A DNA stretch of 64,000 nucleotides from Lama glama (Eukaryota): assembly GCA_028534125.1 (NCBI GenBank), contig CM052832.1, forward strand, positions 14,944,001 through 15,008,000. Direction: 5' to 3'. The notes beneath the pieces are model-generated. The model searched no databases. It worked only from the letters and a program-made list of their open reading frames with translations, and was not told the DNA's origin. Shown here one piece after another: positions 1 to 14,359 of this stretch (position 1 is its first letter; each line of letters starts with the position of its first letter). The position numbers were made by a program, and so were the translations under genes.

Positions 1-3000
1 CGTAGCTCTTAGATTGTTAAGTTTTCTGCATTGAACATGTATTTATTTTGTACTAGAAAAACTTTCTGTGTAAGCATGAAGATTATTAAGCAGTTTATCA
101 TTGGCATTGTCAATACTAGGTACAGTAAAATTCAACCTGTTCTGAAGCTTCTTTCAACCCAGCTTAAAAATTTTGGCATGCTGGCTGAATTTCAGAAACA
201 GAAATCTGAAGCATTTGAAACATTAGCAATCACATTTAAAGAACTGAAGTATTTCATTTTGGAATCTGGCCTCCATTTTTTAGCTGCTTATAGTTAAAGT
301 CCTGTTATAGTGACCCCTCAAGTGTTAGAAGGACGAGGGTTTCTCCCAGGGCTGGCCATGGGCCTTGGTAACAGTGCTCTCTAGCCGAGGACAGCAAAGG
401 CTTGTATGAGCCAGCCTTGTGACACTCTCTCTGCAATAAAAGAGAAAAGCACTTCTTTACATGGTTTTCAGAGCTATTCTTCCTTGCCAATTCAGTGGAA
501 AGGTAAAACTGCTGGCTGACAGGGAAGGAAAAACTGGATCTGAAACTGTTCTGTCTTCTGTTCAGCTGTTACACTTCCATTTCTTGTACCCATTCTCACC
601 TAAGCTAAACCAGGAGTGTTATCGCAAGGATACAGAACATCTGAAAACAAGTAGAAAAAGCAAATTACGTGCATAGTTTCAACTGCATTCTATTCAAGGA
701 TGACAAAGATGGGCACCTTCTGCCTTTAGAGAAACGTAGTCAGTAATGATAATTGAGAGTGTGGCCAAATGCCAGTTCTTTTTATCTGCTGCCTCATGTC
801 TGGGCAGGGCCCATATCCATGGAACCATTTCTAGCATATTAACTATAAAATATTTGTAGGCAGCTTGATAATTAACCTGATACATACTTAGCTTTAAAAA
901 AAAAAAAGAAACTATTCTCCAACTTGCTCACTTGTGTCCTGGTGTCACCCTTCTCTGCTCCTCTGGCTCAACCACCTGTTGCTTTGCCACATAAACTCAC
1001 CATCTTGGAAATTTTTTTAGGACGTCCTTGTATCTTGCTGCCCTCTCTCAAGTTTTTGATACACTGTCTTTCATAAGATAAACATTTCACAGTATGTTTG
1101 ACTTAATTCACCTTCATTTAAGAAAGTTTTTTGAACATCTAGATGCCTTAATATAGTATCAAGGATCATGGTTGCCTCAAGAACGCTGAAGTTGCTTCCT
1201 GATTATCTTAATCTTACATCAGCCTCTCAAGAATTTATTGTAACCGTTCTTAATCTCATTTGCATTTTCAGATAAGAACATGGAAAATGCCAAAGTGAAC
1301 TTTACTTTAAAAATCTGTATCTTCTTATCCCAATTCCTGTACTTTGTATTCCCTGCCCCTGCAAAAAAAAAAAAAGTTTGTACTCTCTTATATATGTATC
1401 ATAGCAACCAGAAAGCTCCATATGGTACTTCAGAGCTGTCTCTGACAGGGAAGCAGTGTTTCGTGTCTCTTGTTATATACAAGTAGAATATTTGAAAAGC
1501 CTGTGACTACTTCGGAATAATTTAAAATACTATTTTGTCAACCTTTTTTTAGTTCATAGTGTTTGACTCTGGAGGAGTGGATAAAAAAGTAAAAAGTGAA
1601 AAAGCTCTGACTGTGTTGTATTTTCATCTTTACTTTTTGGCCCAGCCTGAACAGTTGCGAATGGAAGGTGGGGATAGGGTATCACAGAATTTATTAGGGA
1701 AATAACATGATTTCTTTAAAATCCAGAATTTTAACCATAAAATATATATCATATTAAGAATGTTTTCAATCATTTCAATATGATAAGTAAACTAGGGGGA
1801 AGTAATGTTATAGATCGGGGGTCTCCAGCTCATAAGCTTGTAGGGAAGTAGACAGGCACTTGACGGTGGGTGCAACTCTAACAAAGTGGGGAGAGCCTAC
1901 CCTTGTCAGGAGACGGCCTCTGCTCAGGCCCAGCCACTTTTCATGTGGCAGTTAAGACCTAGTATGCCTCTGATGTTTCAAGAGAAGCGTGAAAGCTGGA
2001 TTATTATGTGAGATCTCCCGATCTTTCAGGGTAGGCAACTAATTTTTAAAAATTGTTTTAAGAATGTTAATAAACATATTGTATTCATGGTAGATTAAAC
2101 AGTAATAGTAGTAGTACTAAAAGGCTCATAATGGAAAAACAACCAAAAAGATGTGTCCTTAATTAGGTTGAATGAGCTATTTTGCAGATTATTACTTTAT
2201 TTTAAACTGTAAACTGATAAGCGCCAACCTTTTGTAAGAAGATAGTTTGTTTTTAGTCTTCTAAATGATAAATGAGGGCAAATAAAGGTTTTTAACCTTA
2301 GGAATATTGCACTGTTTAATAGAATTGTTAATAAGAGGAAATATATCCAAATGTAAATTATTGTAAATCAAGAGAGACCTCTAAACAACCCCATTTGTTT
2401 GTTGAAAAGCAGGCTTTATTTAGATAGCATTCTCTGAATTTCCATTATTTAATTTTTAAGGAATTTAAAATCACATGAATATGAATTAGTAATAATAATG
2501 TACATGTATGGTTGTATGCACCTGTAGATTTATCTTTAAAATTGGTACAAAAATAGGCAAAAGGTTTTTCTATATGTTTGAAGTTTTTCAAATTAAGAAG
2601 TTGGAAAGAAAATAGGCATAAATACTTATTATGTGCCAACTATACTCAAGATCTTGAGGAGGTAACTATGAAGTATAACAGTGTGATGGATGCTACTTCC
2701 CCTAAGAGGGGTGTTTTGTAAGTACTACCATGTCTTTATTTTTGCTTGGTAAGAAGGTATTTTTAGCTTCTTTTCACAGCATTATAAAATGTAAGAATCA
2801 TGTCTCTTAGCACATTACATATAATTATCTTATTCTGATAATTTATTCTTTTTTAAAAGAATTTAATGAGAAATGTGACTCCTCTGTGATAAAACATTTC
2901 AAAAAAGCCTTTGTTCAGTTACCATGGACATACATGTTTGTGTGTGGAAATACATTTATTCTGCCTTCCTAGGAAAGTGTATACACAAAAATATAGCAAA

Positions 3001-3838
3001 AGAAGTTAAGAGTTTTCCTTAGGAAAAAAGTCATTTTGAGTGTATAAAATTAACAGAGAAAACATACCATATCTTAGTGGGGAAGCTGATGTGAGGCCGT
3101 TTTATGTTAGAGGACAGATTGAATCCTGCAGATCTCTGGCAAAGGCCCTTAAGTAAATCCGTATTGAATCTCCTGTTTCTGGCAGCTGAGAACTTAGAAA
3201 GGGCCTTTCCTCTCAGTTACAGTTCAGAGATGAAAGGAGACCTTGGCATAGACACTACCTCCAGTGAAGGGCTTGGCTGAGGCAGCTGTGATAATCCCTG
3301 TGCTCAGTTTTTGCTCTGTGCTCACGTGACCAAGAGTGTAATTCAACTCTGGCCCCAGAACAAGGAGGCCTCTCTCTTCTTTCAGAGAAGGGCACCTCTC
3401 TGCCCCTAGGCTGTTAGGAAATGGTACATGGCTACTCCTAGGTTACTTCTACGATTACTTCTGGAGTCAACCTTAAAATGATTGAGAATTTTTAGTGACT
3501 GTCATTTTTGCTTTTGTAAAAATACTTAACAGATACTCTTGGCTTTATGAAAAGTCATATTCAAAATGTTATTGTATATTTGTGTTAGTGACCATGTTAG
3601 TTTAAATATGCAGGTGCTCTGACTAGGAATTTCCATTAGAGTGATTTGTAAAAATTCTTAATCCTAAGAATGGAAACAATATAATCTGAACAGGACTCTT
3701 ATTCTGAGGGCTTTTAAGTATTCCTTCTAGCGTTTAGTGATGCTATTAGTGTAGGCAGTTTGATTACTTGATTAAGTAATTAAGTAAGCTGGTGACTACT
3801 TCAGCGCACCATTTTTCTGATTATAAAAATAAAACACC

Positions 3839-3968
3839 GGGAGGGTACAGCTCAAGTGGCAGAGCACATGCTTAGCATGCATGAGGTCCTGGGTTCAATC
3901 CCCAGCACCTCCTCTAAAAATAAAGAAATAAATAAACCTAATTACCTCCCTCCCCCTAAAAAAAAAAA
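3839..3968 (+). mobile_element. tRNA-Ala(AGC)-derived SINE (camelid Vic-1-like)
   Basis: A box AGCTCAAGTGG, CTTAGCA anticodon loop, B box GGTTCAATCCC, A-rich tail. Confidence 0.88.
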
Positions 3969-4641
3969 TGCTCCTAGCAGAATAAAAGGCCAGGAAGTAC
4001 AAAGACAACGGTATATTACCATAATTCCATGGCTGATTATTTTTCCCCAGCTATTTAACTATGAAATTTTACAAACACAGAAGTAAAAATTTTAAATAGT
4101 AAAACAAACACGGTATACCTTCTTCTGGATATAATATCTGTTGACTTTTGGCATATTTGCTTTATCTGTGTTTAGATTCTTACCCTCTTTTGGCTATGCT
4201 ATTTGAAAATAAGTTGTAGCTATCTTGAGACATTACCTCTAAATTCTGTTCTCTATTTAGCATGCATCTTTTTAGAATAAGGCCAGTTCCCTACATAACC
4301 ACATATCATTGTCACACCTAAGAAAATTTATAATTCAGTAATATCATAAGATATTTACTCTGTATTCAAATGTTCCAAATTATCATGAAATGTCTATTAT
4401 ATCTGTTTCCTCATACATTACAATTGGTGGTATGTCATTTGAGGCTGTATTATAGAACTGTAATCTCAGCCTCTCCACACCCTACTCATGTTGATGCTGA
4501 CTTATTAAAAGAGTCCAGGATCGTTGTCTTAACATGTCTCACATTCTGGGTTTTTGGGTTGTTTTTTCTTTTTGTTGTTTCTTCCTGGTGTCCTTTAATT
4601 TATTTCCTTATCTTCTGTATTTCCAGCAGCTTAAGACTGGA

Positions 4642-4846
4642 ACAGTGTTGTCCAGTGGAACTTTCTGAAGTGATGGAAATGTTCTGTATCTGCAGTTTTT
4701 CAGTATGGTAGCCACTAGCCATGTATTCCTATTTAAATTAATTAAAATTAAATAAAATTTAAAGTTCGCTTCCTCAGTCACACCGGGCACATTTCAAGTG
4801 TTCAATAGTTGCATGTGGGTGGTGACCACCAGATTGAATAGCACGG
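4642..4846. mobile_element. MER3-like hAT-Charlie MITE inserted in an old L1 fragment
   Basis: CAGTGTTGTCCAGTGGAACTTTCTG...GGTAGCCACTAGCCA...CACATTTCAAGTG resembles the MER3 consensus. Confidence 0.78.
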
Positions 4847-6489
4847 GTCTAGAAGCTTGATTAAGTTTAGGATAAGCATTTTTGATAAGTTGCTGCATAG
4901 GTAATGCTTCCTAGAACTTAATGTCAGGAGGCACATAATGTCAGGTTGTCTTGCCATTAGTGAGAAAATGTTCAGATAATAACTGACAGATCTCTCCATT
5001 GTAGAAGTACATTTCTCCTTATGCAGCAAAATTGGTAAGTAGTCTATTGAAAAGTTGCTCCACACTGTATGAATATCCTGTCTTCCAACAATCTTTCAAC
5101 TAATAGTTTTAGCATCTGCTGCTGATCTCTACCAAATCAGATACTACACCAGAGACTGAAGAACAGTGATTTTCTAATTATTTTTAGCTGAAATTCTTCT
5201 TCAAAGGAAAGCTCTCTTCTTCCTCCCTGCTTTCTCCTTCTCTCTCTCTCACCCCTACCCCCGTTTTCCCCCTTATTTTAAATAATCCCTCTGTATACAT
5301 GGATTTTGACCTTTTTTCAGTATATTATAATCAGTTACGGTCTTTATTCTGTTTGCTTTAATTATCCCAAATTTGGCCCTTATGCACCCTTTCAAAGCAG
5401 CCTGCTGTGTATTTTTGGCATGACCCTTTTATTGTTTGAGTACTTCTTGCTCTGTAATGCAATTAGATATTCCACACTCACTTTGAATTTTCCTGTCCCA
5501 GACATGGTGTCAGCCATTTCTCCAGAGAGTTCTCTTTCAGTGGAGAACGTTATTTAGAATCAAGGTTGGGGTGCTGAGTGTGTTCACTGCTACTAGAGTG
5601 TCATTGCTGCTAGTCCCTTTTAGTGGATAGTAATAGGAAGCATTTTTAAAGAGAAAAATCATGATTTCCATTTTAAATTTAGCGTTACAAATTTTTTCTT
5701 AATTTCTTTTATGTTTATGTATCTTTTAAGATACTATTTTTAGTAGTATTTCTGTTGGTTTCTAGTAACCATTATTTGCTTTATCATATGATAAATAATA
5801 CGAATATTAGTTGCATCATTGATATTATCAGGAGAAATGTTGTAGAGCCTGAGAATGTATTCTAAGCTATTTAATGTGAACCTGTTGGCTTTAGGGAGGG
5901 GGACTGGTAGGGACAGAATGGAATAGCCCTTGGTGCTAATTTGGATTATTTAGGAATTGGGCCTGTGTTGGTTTGAATTGGTGGTAAATAACAAGGTAAT
6001 ATTAAAGAGGAAGTAATTGGCACTGGCAAGAGAGTATCACTTTTTTCTTTGTGAACCTAGATTATAGTTTGATTTACGTTAGGCGCAGTGTACATAATGT
6101 ACTCCTTCTTTACCCTGTCTGGGGGCCACTTTAAGACATAGAAATCAACAATGTGATTCTATAACCTAACTATAATTCTATAGTTAGAAAACATAACCTA
6201 AGACTGGGTAGGGGGGTGTTTCATATTGCTTCTGTGTAGATCTTTGGCCTGTAGGTGCCCTTTATTGTGTGTGTCAGTGAGGATGTAGGCATTATATGGC
6301 AGTCCCTCATATGTACCGTTAACCATCTTCTTCCTCTCTTCATACATTTGCAAATGGTTGCTTAGATCAGAGTGGTTCTCAGCCTTGTCAGACTCATACT
6401 TCCCTTCTATAATAAATACATACCTACCCATCTACCTGTCTGTCTGTCTATATATATATATATATACACACACACACATTGAGAGATGT

Positions 6490-6870
6490 ATATTGAGTTC
6501 ATCAGCCAATTCTGTTGGCTCTGTTTTCAAACACATATATGCAGAATCAAAATACTTCTCACAATCTCTGTCTCTACCACCTTGGTCCAGCCACCGTCAC
6601 CTCGATCCCTCTGCTCCCCCCAATCCACATTCTTACCCCTTTAAATTTACTTTCAACACAACAGGCAAAATGATCCTGTTTAAAAAAAAAAAGGAGGTCA
6701 GATGATGTCACTCACAAGCCTTCTAAGCTAACGCCCTTAGAACAGCCTACGATCTGGCTCCCTCTGGCACCCTATCTCTCACTCCTCTCTCTTGTTCTCA
6801 CTGTGCTCCTCCCATCATGGTAGCACCCTTTTTGCTCCTCTGACAACAGACTTGCTGTTCCCTCTGCCTA
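6490..6870 (+). mobile_element. LINE-2 fragment
   Basis: ACCACCTTGGTCCAGCCACC...TCAGATGATGTCACTC...TTGCTGTTCCCTCTGCCT. Confidence 0.62.
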
Positions 6871-8329
6871 ATCACCGTGGTATATACAGTCTTAGACATT
6901 GAATCTGGAGGAGAGAGACTCCATCCTGCTGGTTTTTATATAGCAATTGCCTTTTATTGGTGAAGAAATATCATACTATTGACGATAGGAAGTAACACTT
7001 TGAAAAAACAGGTGTAATGTGTTCGTACTATAACCAGCAGGTCTACACATTTACATCTGTACCATATGAAATAACCTTTTTTTAATCTGTCTACCTGCCA
7101 TTCTTGCTTATTTAGAGTTCTCCCATACTAAACAGTTCTGTCCTTTAGATGAGGTGGCACTTGTTCATTTTATTTGGCTTGATTTTTATTTCTCTATACT
7201 CCCGTTTGGAGTTAAGGAGTGACTTGAGTTAAGGAGTTAAGGAGTGACTTAAGTGGGCAGTTCAGGATGTTATCTGAACAGCGTGTTTTATCAGTTGAGA
7301 GACTTGGTAGGGCTCCATGTCAAACCCTAGGACAGATATGGTTTTGGTTTCAACATAAGCCATAAAAACACTAAAAAGAGCTAAGCTTTTGAGGTGGGTT
7401 TTTAGAATGGAGAATGAGGCAGTTAAAGAAAGGAAGAGTATCATTTTCAACCAAGAGCTTTTCTATGACATGATTTCACTGAGATTTATGAGAACTGAAA
7501 GACAAGCAACTATTTATGGCTGTATGACTACCAAGTTCTGGGTACAGAACTGAATGAGGACCTTGCTGAGGAGATCTTTAGACAGGAGGTGTGCCTATCT
7601 ATGTAGAGACTGTGATGTTAAGTGAAATTTATTTTTACAGGGTGATAGAATCACATTATTGAAAAGGACATCGAGGTTATCTGGTTTAAATCTGCACTTT
7701 CGGCCAAATGGACCTAAGCCTTTGCACCATTCAAGCTTTCATTTTTTTCTTTTGAATGTGTATGTTTGAAAGATACTAACTCTTATACATTATCTGAGTA
7801 ATTTTTTTACGTTTAAATTTTTTTGTTACCTTTAATGCCATCCAATGAGATGACCCCTACACACTTACTAGAATGGCTAAAATTTAAAAATGCATGTCAT
7901 TCAACAGCAGATAGAGAGTAAGAAGTACAATTGTAGTTTCTTACTGCTTTCAAATAGACTGTTCATCTCTGTTGAGTGAATTAAATATATGCAATATTAA
8001 ATGTTTCAGAAAGAGCAAGATCACCTTTACAGCTATACTTGGCAAAATTGAAATTTTTTTGTCATTTCAAACTGAGATTGCCAGTTCTGCCCTTAAAACA
8101 AAAGCTCGATTATTGTGAAGAAAATTGAGGGGATCGATCAGGTAAAGAACACCAGAATCACTTAAAATTGCTAGACCAGCTTTTCTTAAGCTTTTGTTGC
8201 CTTCCCCTCTCCTTTTTAAAGCTGATCCTTCACACTGATTTTTCAGATTCTCAGGTAGTCTAGAGTGAAGATGTAATACCCCTTCAGTAATTGCAAATTC
8301 AAAAAATAATTTAAGGTTCCATTTATATA

Positions 8330-11300
8330 AGCTTTTGGGAGGTGCTAGTGTAAGTGGTGTTGTGTTTTTAATTTCAAATTCCTCTTGTTTATTGCTGATA
8401 CATAGGAAAGCCGTTGACTTTCGTACATTAACCTTGCATCCTGCAACCTTGCTGTAATCCCTCCTTAGTTCCCCAAGGGTTTTGTTTTATTTTGTTTTGT
8501 TTTGCCAGTTTTTTCCAATTTTTTCCAATCATGTCATCTGTAAACAAATTTTCATTTCTTCCTTCCCAGTCTTTTCCTTTTGTTGTCTTATTTCATTAGC
8601 TAGTACTTCCAATAAAATGTTGAAGAGGAATGGTGAGAGGGGACATCCTTGCCTTCTTCCTGATCTTAGTGGGAAAGCTAGTTTCTCACCATTCATTATG
8701 ATGTTAACTGTAGACTTTTTAAAAGATGTTCTTTATCAAGTTGAGAACTTTCCCCTCTATTCCTATTTTACTAAGAGTTTTTATCATGAATAGGTGGGGT
8801 TTTTTTTCACATCGTTTTTCTGCATCCTATTGATTTCATCATGTGATTTTCCTTCCTTAGCCTATTAGTTTGATGGATTGTATTAATTGTCTTTCGTATG
8901 GAACCAGTCTTGCATACATGGGATAAATGCCACGTGGTCATGATGTATGATTTTTTTCTGTACATTGTTGGATTCAACTTGCTGATATTTAGTTGAGGGT
9001 TTTTGCATTTGTGTTCATGAGAGATACTGCATGTAGTTTTCTTGTAATGTCTTTGTCTGGTTTTGGTATTAGGGTAATGATGGCCTCATAGAATGACTTT
9101 GAAAGTATTTCCTCTGCTTCTGTCTTCTGGAAGAAATTGTAGAGAATTGGTATAATCTCTTCCTTTAATGTTTGGTAGAATTCACCAGTACCTATCTGGG
9201 CCTGGTGCTTTCTATTTGGAAGGCTATTAATTATTGATTGCATTTCTTTAATAGACAGAGGCCTATTTAGATTATCTGTTGTGTGAGTTTTGGCAGATTG
9301 TATCTTTGAAGGAATTGGTCTGTTTCATCTAGATTATTGAATTTGTGGATGTAGTATTCTTTGGTTTATACAATTCCTTTATTATCCTTTTGGTGTCCAT
9401 TGAATTTGTCATGTAGTCAGTTTACAATGTTGTGTCAGTTTCTGGTGTATCTTTAATTTCTGACATTAGTAATTTGTGTCTTTCTTTTTTCCTTGGTTAG
9501 CCTGGTTAGAAACTTGTCGATTGTATTGATCCTTCCAAAGAATCAGCTTTTGGTTTTCCTGTTTTTTCTCTGTTGAGCTTCTGTTTTGAAATTCATTGAT
9601 TTCTGCTCTAATTTTATTGCTTATTTTCTTTCCCTTTCTTTGAATTTAATTTACTCTTCCTTTTCTAATTTACTAAGGTGAAAGCTTAGATGATTGGTTT
9701 TAGATCTTTTTTCTTATGTAATGTATGCATTCAGTGCTCTAAATTTCCCTGCTCTTACTGTGTCCCATAAATTTTGGTAAGTTGTTTGTTCATTTAATTC
9801 AAAGTATTTTAAATTTCCCTTGAGATTTCTTCTTTGACCTATGTGTTACTTAGAATTATGTTGTTTAATCTTCAAGTATTTTGGAATTGCCAGCTATTTT
9901 TCATGTCACTGATTGCTCATCTAAGCCCATTGTGTTCTGAGAACATATATTTTGTGATTTCTATACTTTTAAATTTGTTAAGATATAATTTATGGCCCAT
10001 AATGTTGTCTATCTTGGTGACTATACTGTGTGAATTTGAGAAGAATGTGTATTCTTCTGTTACTGGATTATGTAATCTGTAGATGTCTGATCCATCTGAT
10101 GGCTTCTCTGCCTGCTGGATCTGTCCAATTCTGATAGAGGGGTGTTTCAGTCTACAACTAATGACATTGGATTCATATACTTCTTGCAGTTCTGTCAGTT
10201 TTTACTTCACATTTTGATGCTCTGTTGTTAGACGCATACACTTAAAGGATTGTTACGCATACACTTTAAGGATTGTTATGCCTTCTTCTTGGAGAATTGA
10301 ACCCTTTATCATTATGTAATGCTGTTAACGTCGCATTATGTAAATACTCTTTATCTCTGATAATTTTCCTTGCTCTGAAATTTGCTCTCTCTCAAGTTAA
10401 TATTGCTACTCATGTTTTCTTTTTATTTGTATTAGTATGTTATATCTTTCTCCATCCCTTTTCTTTTAATCTACATGTGGTTTTAAATTTGATTTTTTTG
10501 TAGACAACATATTATTTTTTGATCCATTCTGATAACCTGTCTTTTAATTGATATGCTTATTAGATCATTGATGTTTAAAGTGATTATTGATATAGTTGAA
10601 TTAATAGCTACCATGTTTGATACTGTTACCTATTTTTTGCCCTTGTTTTGTTCACCCTCCCTTTTTGTCTTCTACCCTTTTTTACCCTTCTCAGACTTTG
10701 GTTTGTCTAAGCAAGTCTTTTTCTCCTTCACTTTAAAGGACATCTAGGTTAGTGGTTTTCTCTTTTTAACAAGTTAAATATTTCACTCCACTCTCTTCTT
10801 GTTTGCATGGTTTCTGAGGAGATGTTGGATATAATTCTTAACTTGATTCCTCTATAGGTAAGCTGTTTTTTCCCCTCCTTTAGCTCCTTTCAAAATTTTT
10901 TCTTTAACTTTGATTTTTTTTGCAATTTGAATATGTCTAGCTAGGTGTAACTTTTTGTGCATTTATCCTGGTTGAGCTTCCTAGATCTATTGTTTTTGTG
11001 TCTGACATTAATTTGCTGAAATTCTCAGATATTATTGCTTCAAATATTGTTTCTATTCCTTTGTCTTCTTCTGGTTTTCCTATTATACAGCGTTACGCCT
11101 TTTGTAGTTATCTCACAGTTCTTGGATATTCTGTTCTGTGTAGGTTTCTTCCCCTAGTATTTTTTTCTGTTTGCATTTCGGTTTTGAAAGTTTCTATTGA
11201 CATATCCTCAGGTTCGAGGTTTCTTTTCTTTGTCTGATCTACTAGTGACCCTGTCAGTGGTATTCTTCTTTCCTATTAACAGTGTGTTTGATCTATAGCA

Positions 11301-12282
11301 TTACTTTTTTGTTCATTTTTAGAATTTCTGTGTCTCTGCTTGTATTACCCATTGGTTTTTACTTTTCCCATTAGAATCCTTAGCATATTAATCATGGTTG
11401 TTTTTTCATGATCTGATAATTTCAACATCCCTACCATATCTGAGCCTGGCTCTGATGCTTTTCTGTGTCTTCAAAATGTGTGTTTTCTTCTTTGTAAGAC
11501 TGTAATTTTTTGTTGAAAGCTAAACATGATATACTGGACAATAAGGACTTCTGGTAAATAGACCTTTAGTAATATGGTGGTAAGGTGTGCATTCTGTAGT
11601 CTGATGATTAGGTCTCAGTCTTTTTTAGTGAGCCTATCCCCCTGGCCTGTGAAATTCACAAGTGCTTCTCAGTATTTCCAGCTCCTTCCCACTGACTCCC
11701 ACTTAATATGGAACAGGATGGCTGTGGGGCTGGAATTGGGTATTTCCCTTCCCCCAGGTTGGCTAGACTCAGACAAAACTCCAATAGGTTAGGCTCTTAT
11801 AAAATAGTTGGCTATTAGAAGGCAGGGCTTATTAAGGATAGAATGTTCTGGAGTATTTCTAAATGAGTATTTTTCACCTCTCCGGAAGCAGGAGGGGATT
11901 TTTCTCCAGTATTCACTATGAAAACCTGGGTAAAGCTCCTGGAGGTAAAATACACAAAAGTATGGTGGTCCCCCCGCCCCGCCAAAGTTTTTAACTCTCA
12001 GAATTTCCAATCATTTGTCAGTTACAGTTTAGGTTTCTTTTCCCACCTCATCCCACACCCCCCAGCTCCCTTCCCTTGGTGGTTTCTGCTCTGGTAAGTT
12101 GTGATTCTCTGATCTGGCTAACTGTCTTTCCAGTTTAGAGGGCAGTGGTTTGCCCTGTGACTTCACTTTTCTGATGAATCTAAGAAGAGTTGTTATTTTT
12201 TCAGTTTGTTCAGCTTTTCATTCATTGTTATGACAGAGTGGGAACTTCTAAGTTCCTTACATGCTGGACCAGAAACTAGAAT
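8330..12282 (-). mobile_element. Degraded LINE-1 (L1M-type): 5' region, ORF1 remnant and part of ORF2
   Basis: ORF 8989-9243(-) translates to GEFYQTLKEEIIPIL...FYEAIITLIPKPDKD, typical of L1 ORF2; T-rich strand bias; many stop codons. Confidence 0.88.
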
Positions 12283-13915
12283 CTCTTTTACTTTAAATAA
12301 CACATTTGAACAAGTATTTATTTTTTCCAGCCAAACAAAACAATCTACTTACACACACCTCTACCCCAATCTAAAATATAGAAACGAGTATCTTCTTACT
12401 GCCCAACTCTCATTTTGTTTCAGTTTGTATCTTCAGGTGTAGGTTATCATTATGATTAAGATACTGTTCTTAAAGATACAAAAAGTTGTCATTTGTTATA
12501 TTGACAACAGCCATATTTAAGGCCAATAATTTTATTGCTTTCATTAAAAATCTCAGCTATTTTTCCCTTTCCCTCCCACCCCCAATGTATTCCTGTTTCT
12601 TTTGTGCTTTTTTTTTCTCATTCATTATTGGTTGACTATAATAGAGTAGATAATTATTTATAAGAAAAGTACAGAGAATCATTACATGTTTTAAAAAATG
12701 TTTTTTTTCACACATGAATGATTTACATAAGACCCCTTGAAGAGTGCTTTTCTTCAGAACTCTTAACTTCAGGCATTCCTTAAGTAATTCCCTAAGGAAA
12801 AATACACAGTAGGTAATATCTTATTTCTTGCCTCACACTTTCATTCTCACTGAAGTTTTTGCTAAATAGAATTTTTTATTGAAAATCATTTTCCCTTAAA
12901 ATTAAGAGTATTATTATCAATGTTGTTGTAGTTAGTAAGTCTCATACTGGTTTAGTTCTCATTCCTCTGGAGATAACCTATTTTCTGTCCCTTTATCCCT
13001 GGGGTTTTGAAACTTCTCAATGGTTTGTCTGTAATTTCTGTTGATTAGACATTAGGCCCTCTAGATTGAGCCTTTATTCTTATTCTTTCCTGGTCATATT
13101 TTTCATCTCTTTGTTTTCTATATTTTGGGAAGTTTCATCGACTTCTAACCCTTCTAGTCAGTGTTTTATTTCAACAATCATACTTTCAAGGTCTAAGACA
13201 CCATTTTTATTGTTGTTTGCTTTTACTACATTTCACTCTTCTTTAGGATGCCATAGCTTCTGGAATTTCTTTAAAGAATAATTTCCCCACGTTTTCTTCT
13301 GTTTCCTTGAATTTTCCTTTTAATCAGAGCCAGTTTTCATTTGCCTATTTTGATCTTTCCTTGGATGTTAGAGTCAGGCAGCAGCAGCACTGAGTGGGAG
13401 CTCTGTGTAAATGGGCGGGTGTATAGAGTGGCCTGGGAGGAAGTGGAGCAGTTGTGCCAGGGGCTTTCTAAAAGAGTGTCACAATAGGCGAACTTTATTC
13501 TGGGAGTGCTGATAGATGTATACGCTACAGTAGTTCCTCCCAGTTTTTCTGTTTTTCTGCTTTCTTTAGAGCCCTCAGAGTTGTCTGGGTGATAGGTGAC
13601 TGGGCCCAGACCATTCTCTGTGTATGGGCATAGTTGTTTAGTATTCAGACCTGTGCATTTCAGGACCCCGTCTCACTTCCACTCTCTGTGTTCCTGCCAT
13701 ATTCTCTCCTGGAACCTCTCCAGAACCTGGAAGCTGAGCTGGCTTCTCTTGCCTTTCTTCATCTTTCAACTCTCATTCATCACTTTGCATCTTCTTGGAA
13801 TTTTTTTTGAAATCTCCTTCCTTCAATAGTTCCTTTCCAATCTTATTGCTCTACTTTCAATTTAATAAGATCTTAGGAAAAAGAAGATGTAATATGCTTA
13901 GTCAGTCTACCACTA

Positions 13916-14359
13916 TAGGCATACCCCAGAGCTACTGTGGGTTCAGTTCCACACCATAAAATAAAGCAGATATCACAATAGAGCAAGTCACACAAATTTT
14001 TTGGTTTTCCAGGTCATGTAAAAGTTTACACTATACTATAGTCTGTTAATTGTGCAATGGCATTGTGTCTAAAAAAACAATATACATTAATGTTAAAATA
14101 GTTTATTGCTAAAAGATGCTGAACCTTCAGCAAGTTGTAGAAGTATCATTGAAGATCACAGATCACCATAACAAATATAATAATAATGGGGAAGTTTGAA
14201 ATATTTCAAGAAATTACCAAAGTGTGACACAGAAACACAAAGAGCAAATGCTGTGGGAAAAATGGCACTGGTACACTTGCTCAATGCAGAGTTGCAACAA
14301 AATCTTCAATTTGTAAAGAGAATGCAATATCTGCAAAGTGTGATAAAACAATATACCAG
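13916..14359. mobile_element. Internally deleted Tigger1-type (TcMar-Tigger) DNA transposon
   Basis: Both termini resemble Tigger1 (TAGGCATACC... and ...ATATACCAG) and are flanked by TA at 13914-13915 and 14360-14361. Confidence 0.82.

Noticed and set aside
3322..3330. TCACGTGAC USF/TFEB-like motif in the NUDT3 intron
   Set aside because: A single isolated motif with no supporting cluster.
3839..3915. tRNA-Ala gene calls for the SINE copies (also 22668, 25036, 60417)
   Set aside because: A-rich tails, TSDs, mismatched stems and multi-copy dispersal indicate SINEs. The similar ORFs at 3856 and 60283 are SINE translations.
7208..7250. Direct repeat GGAGTTAAGGAGTGACTT x2 with a short spacer
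   Set aside because: A simple slippage duplication; two units in mammalian DNA, not an array.
8989..9243. Reverse-transcriptase-related ORF as a novel retroelement system
   Set aside because: An ordinary decayed L1 ORF2 fragment surrounded by stops and frameshifts.
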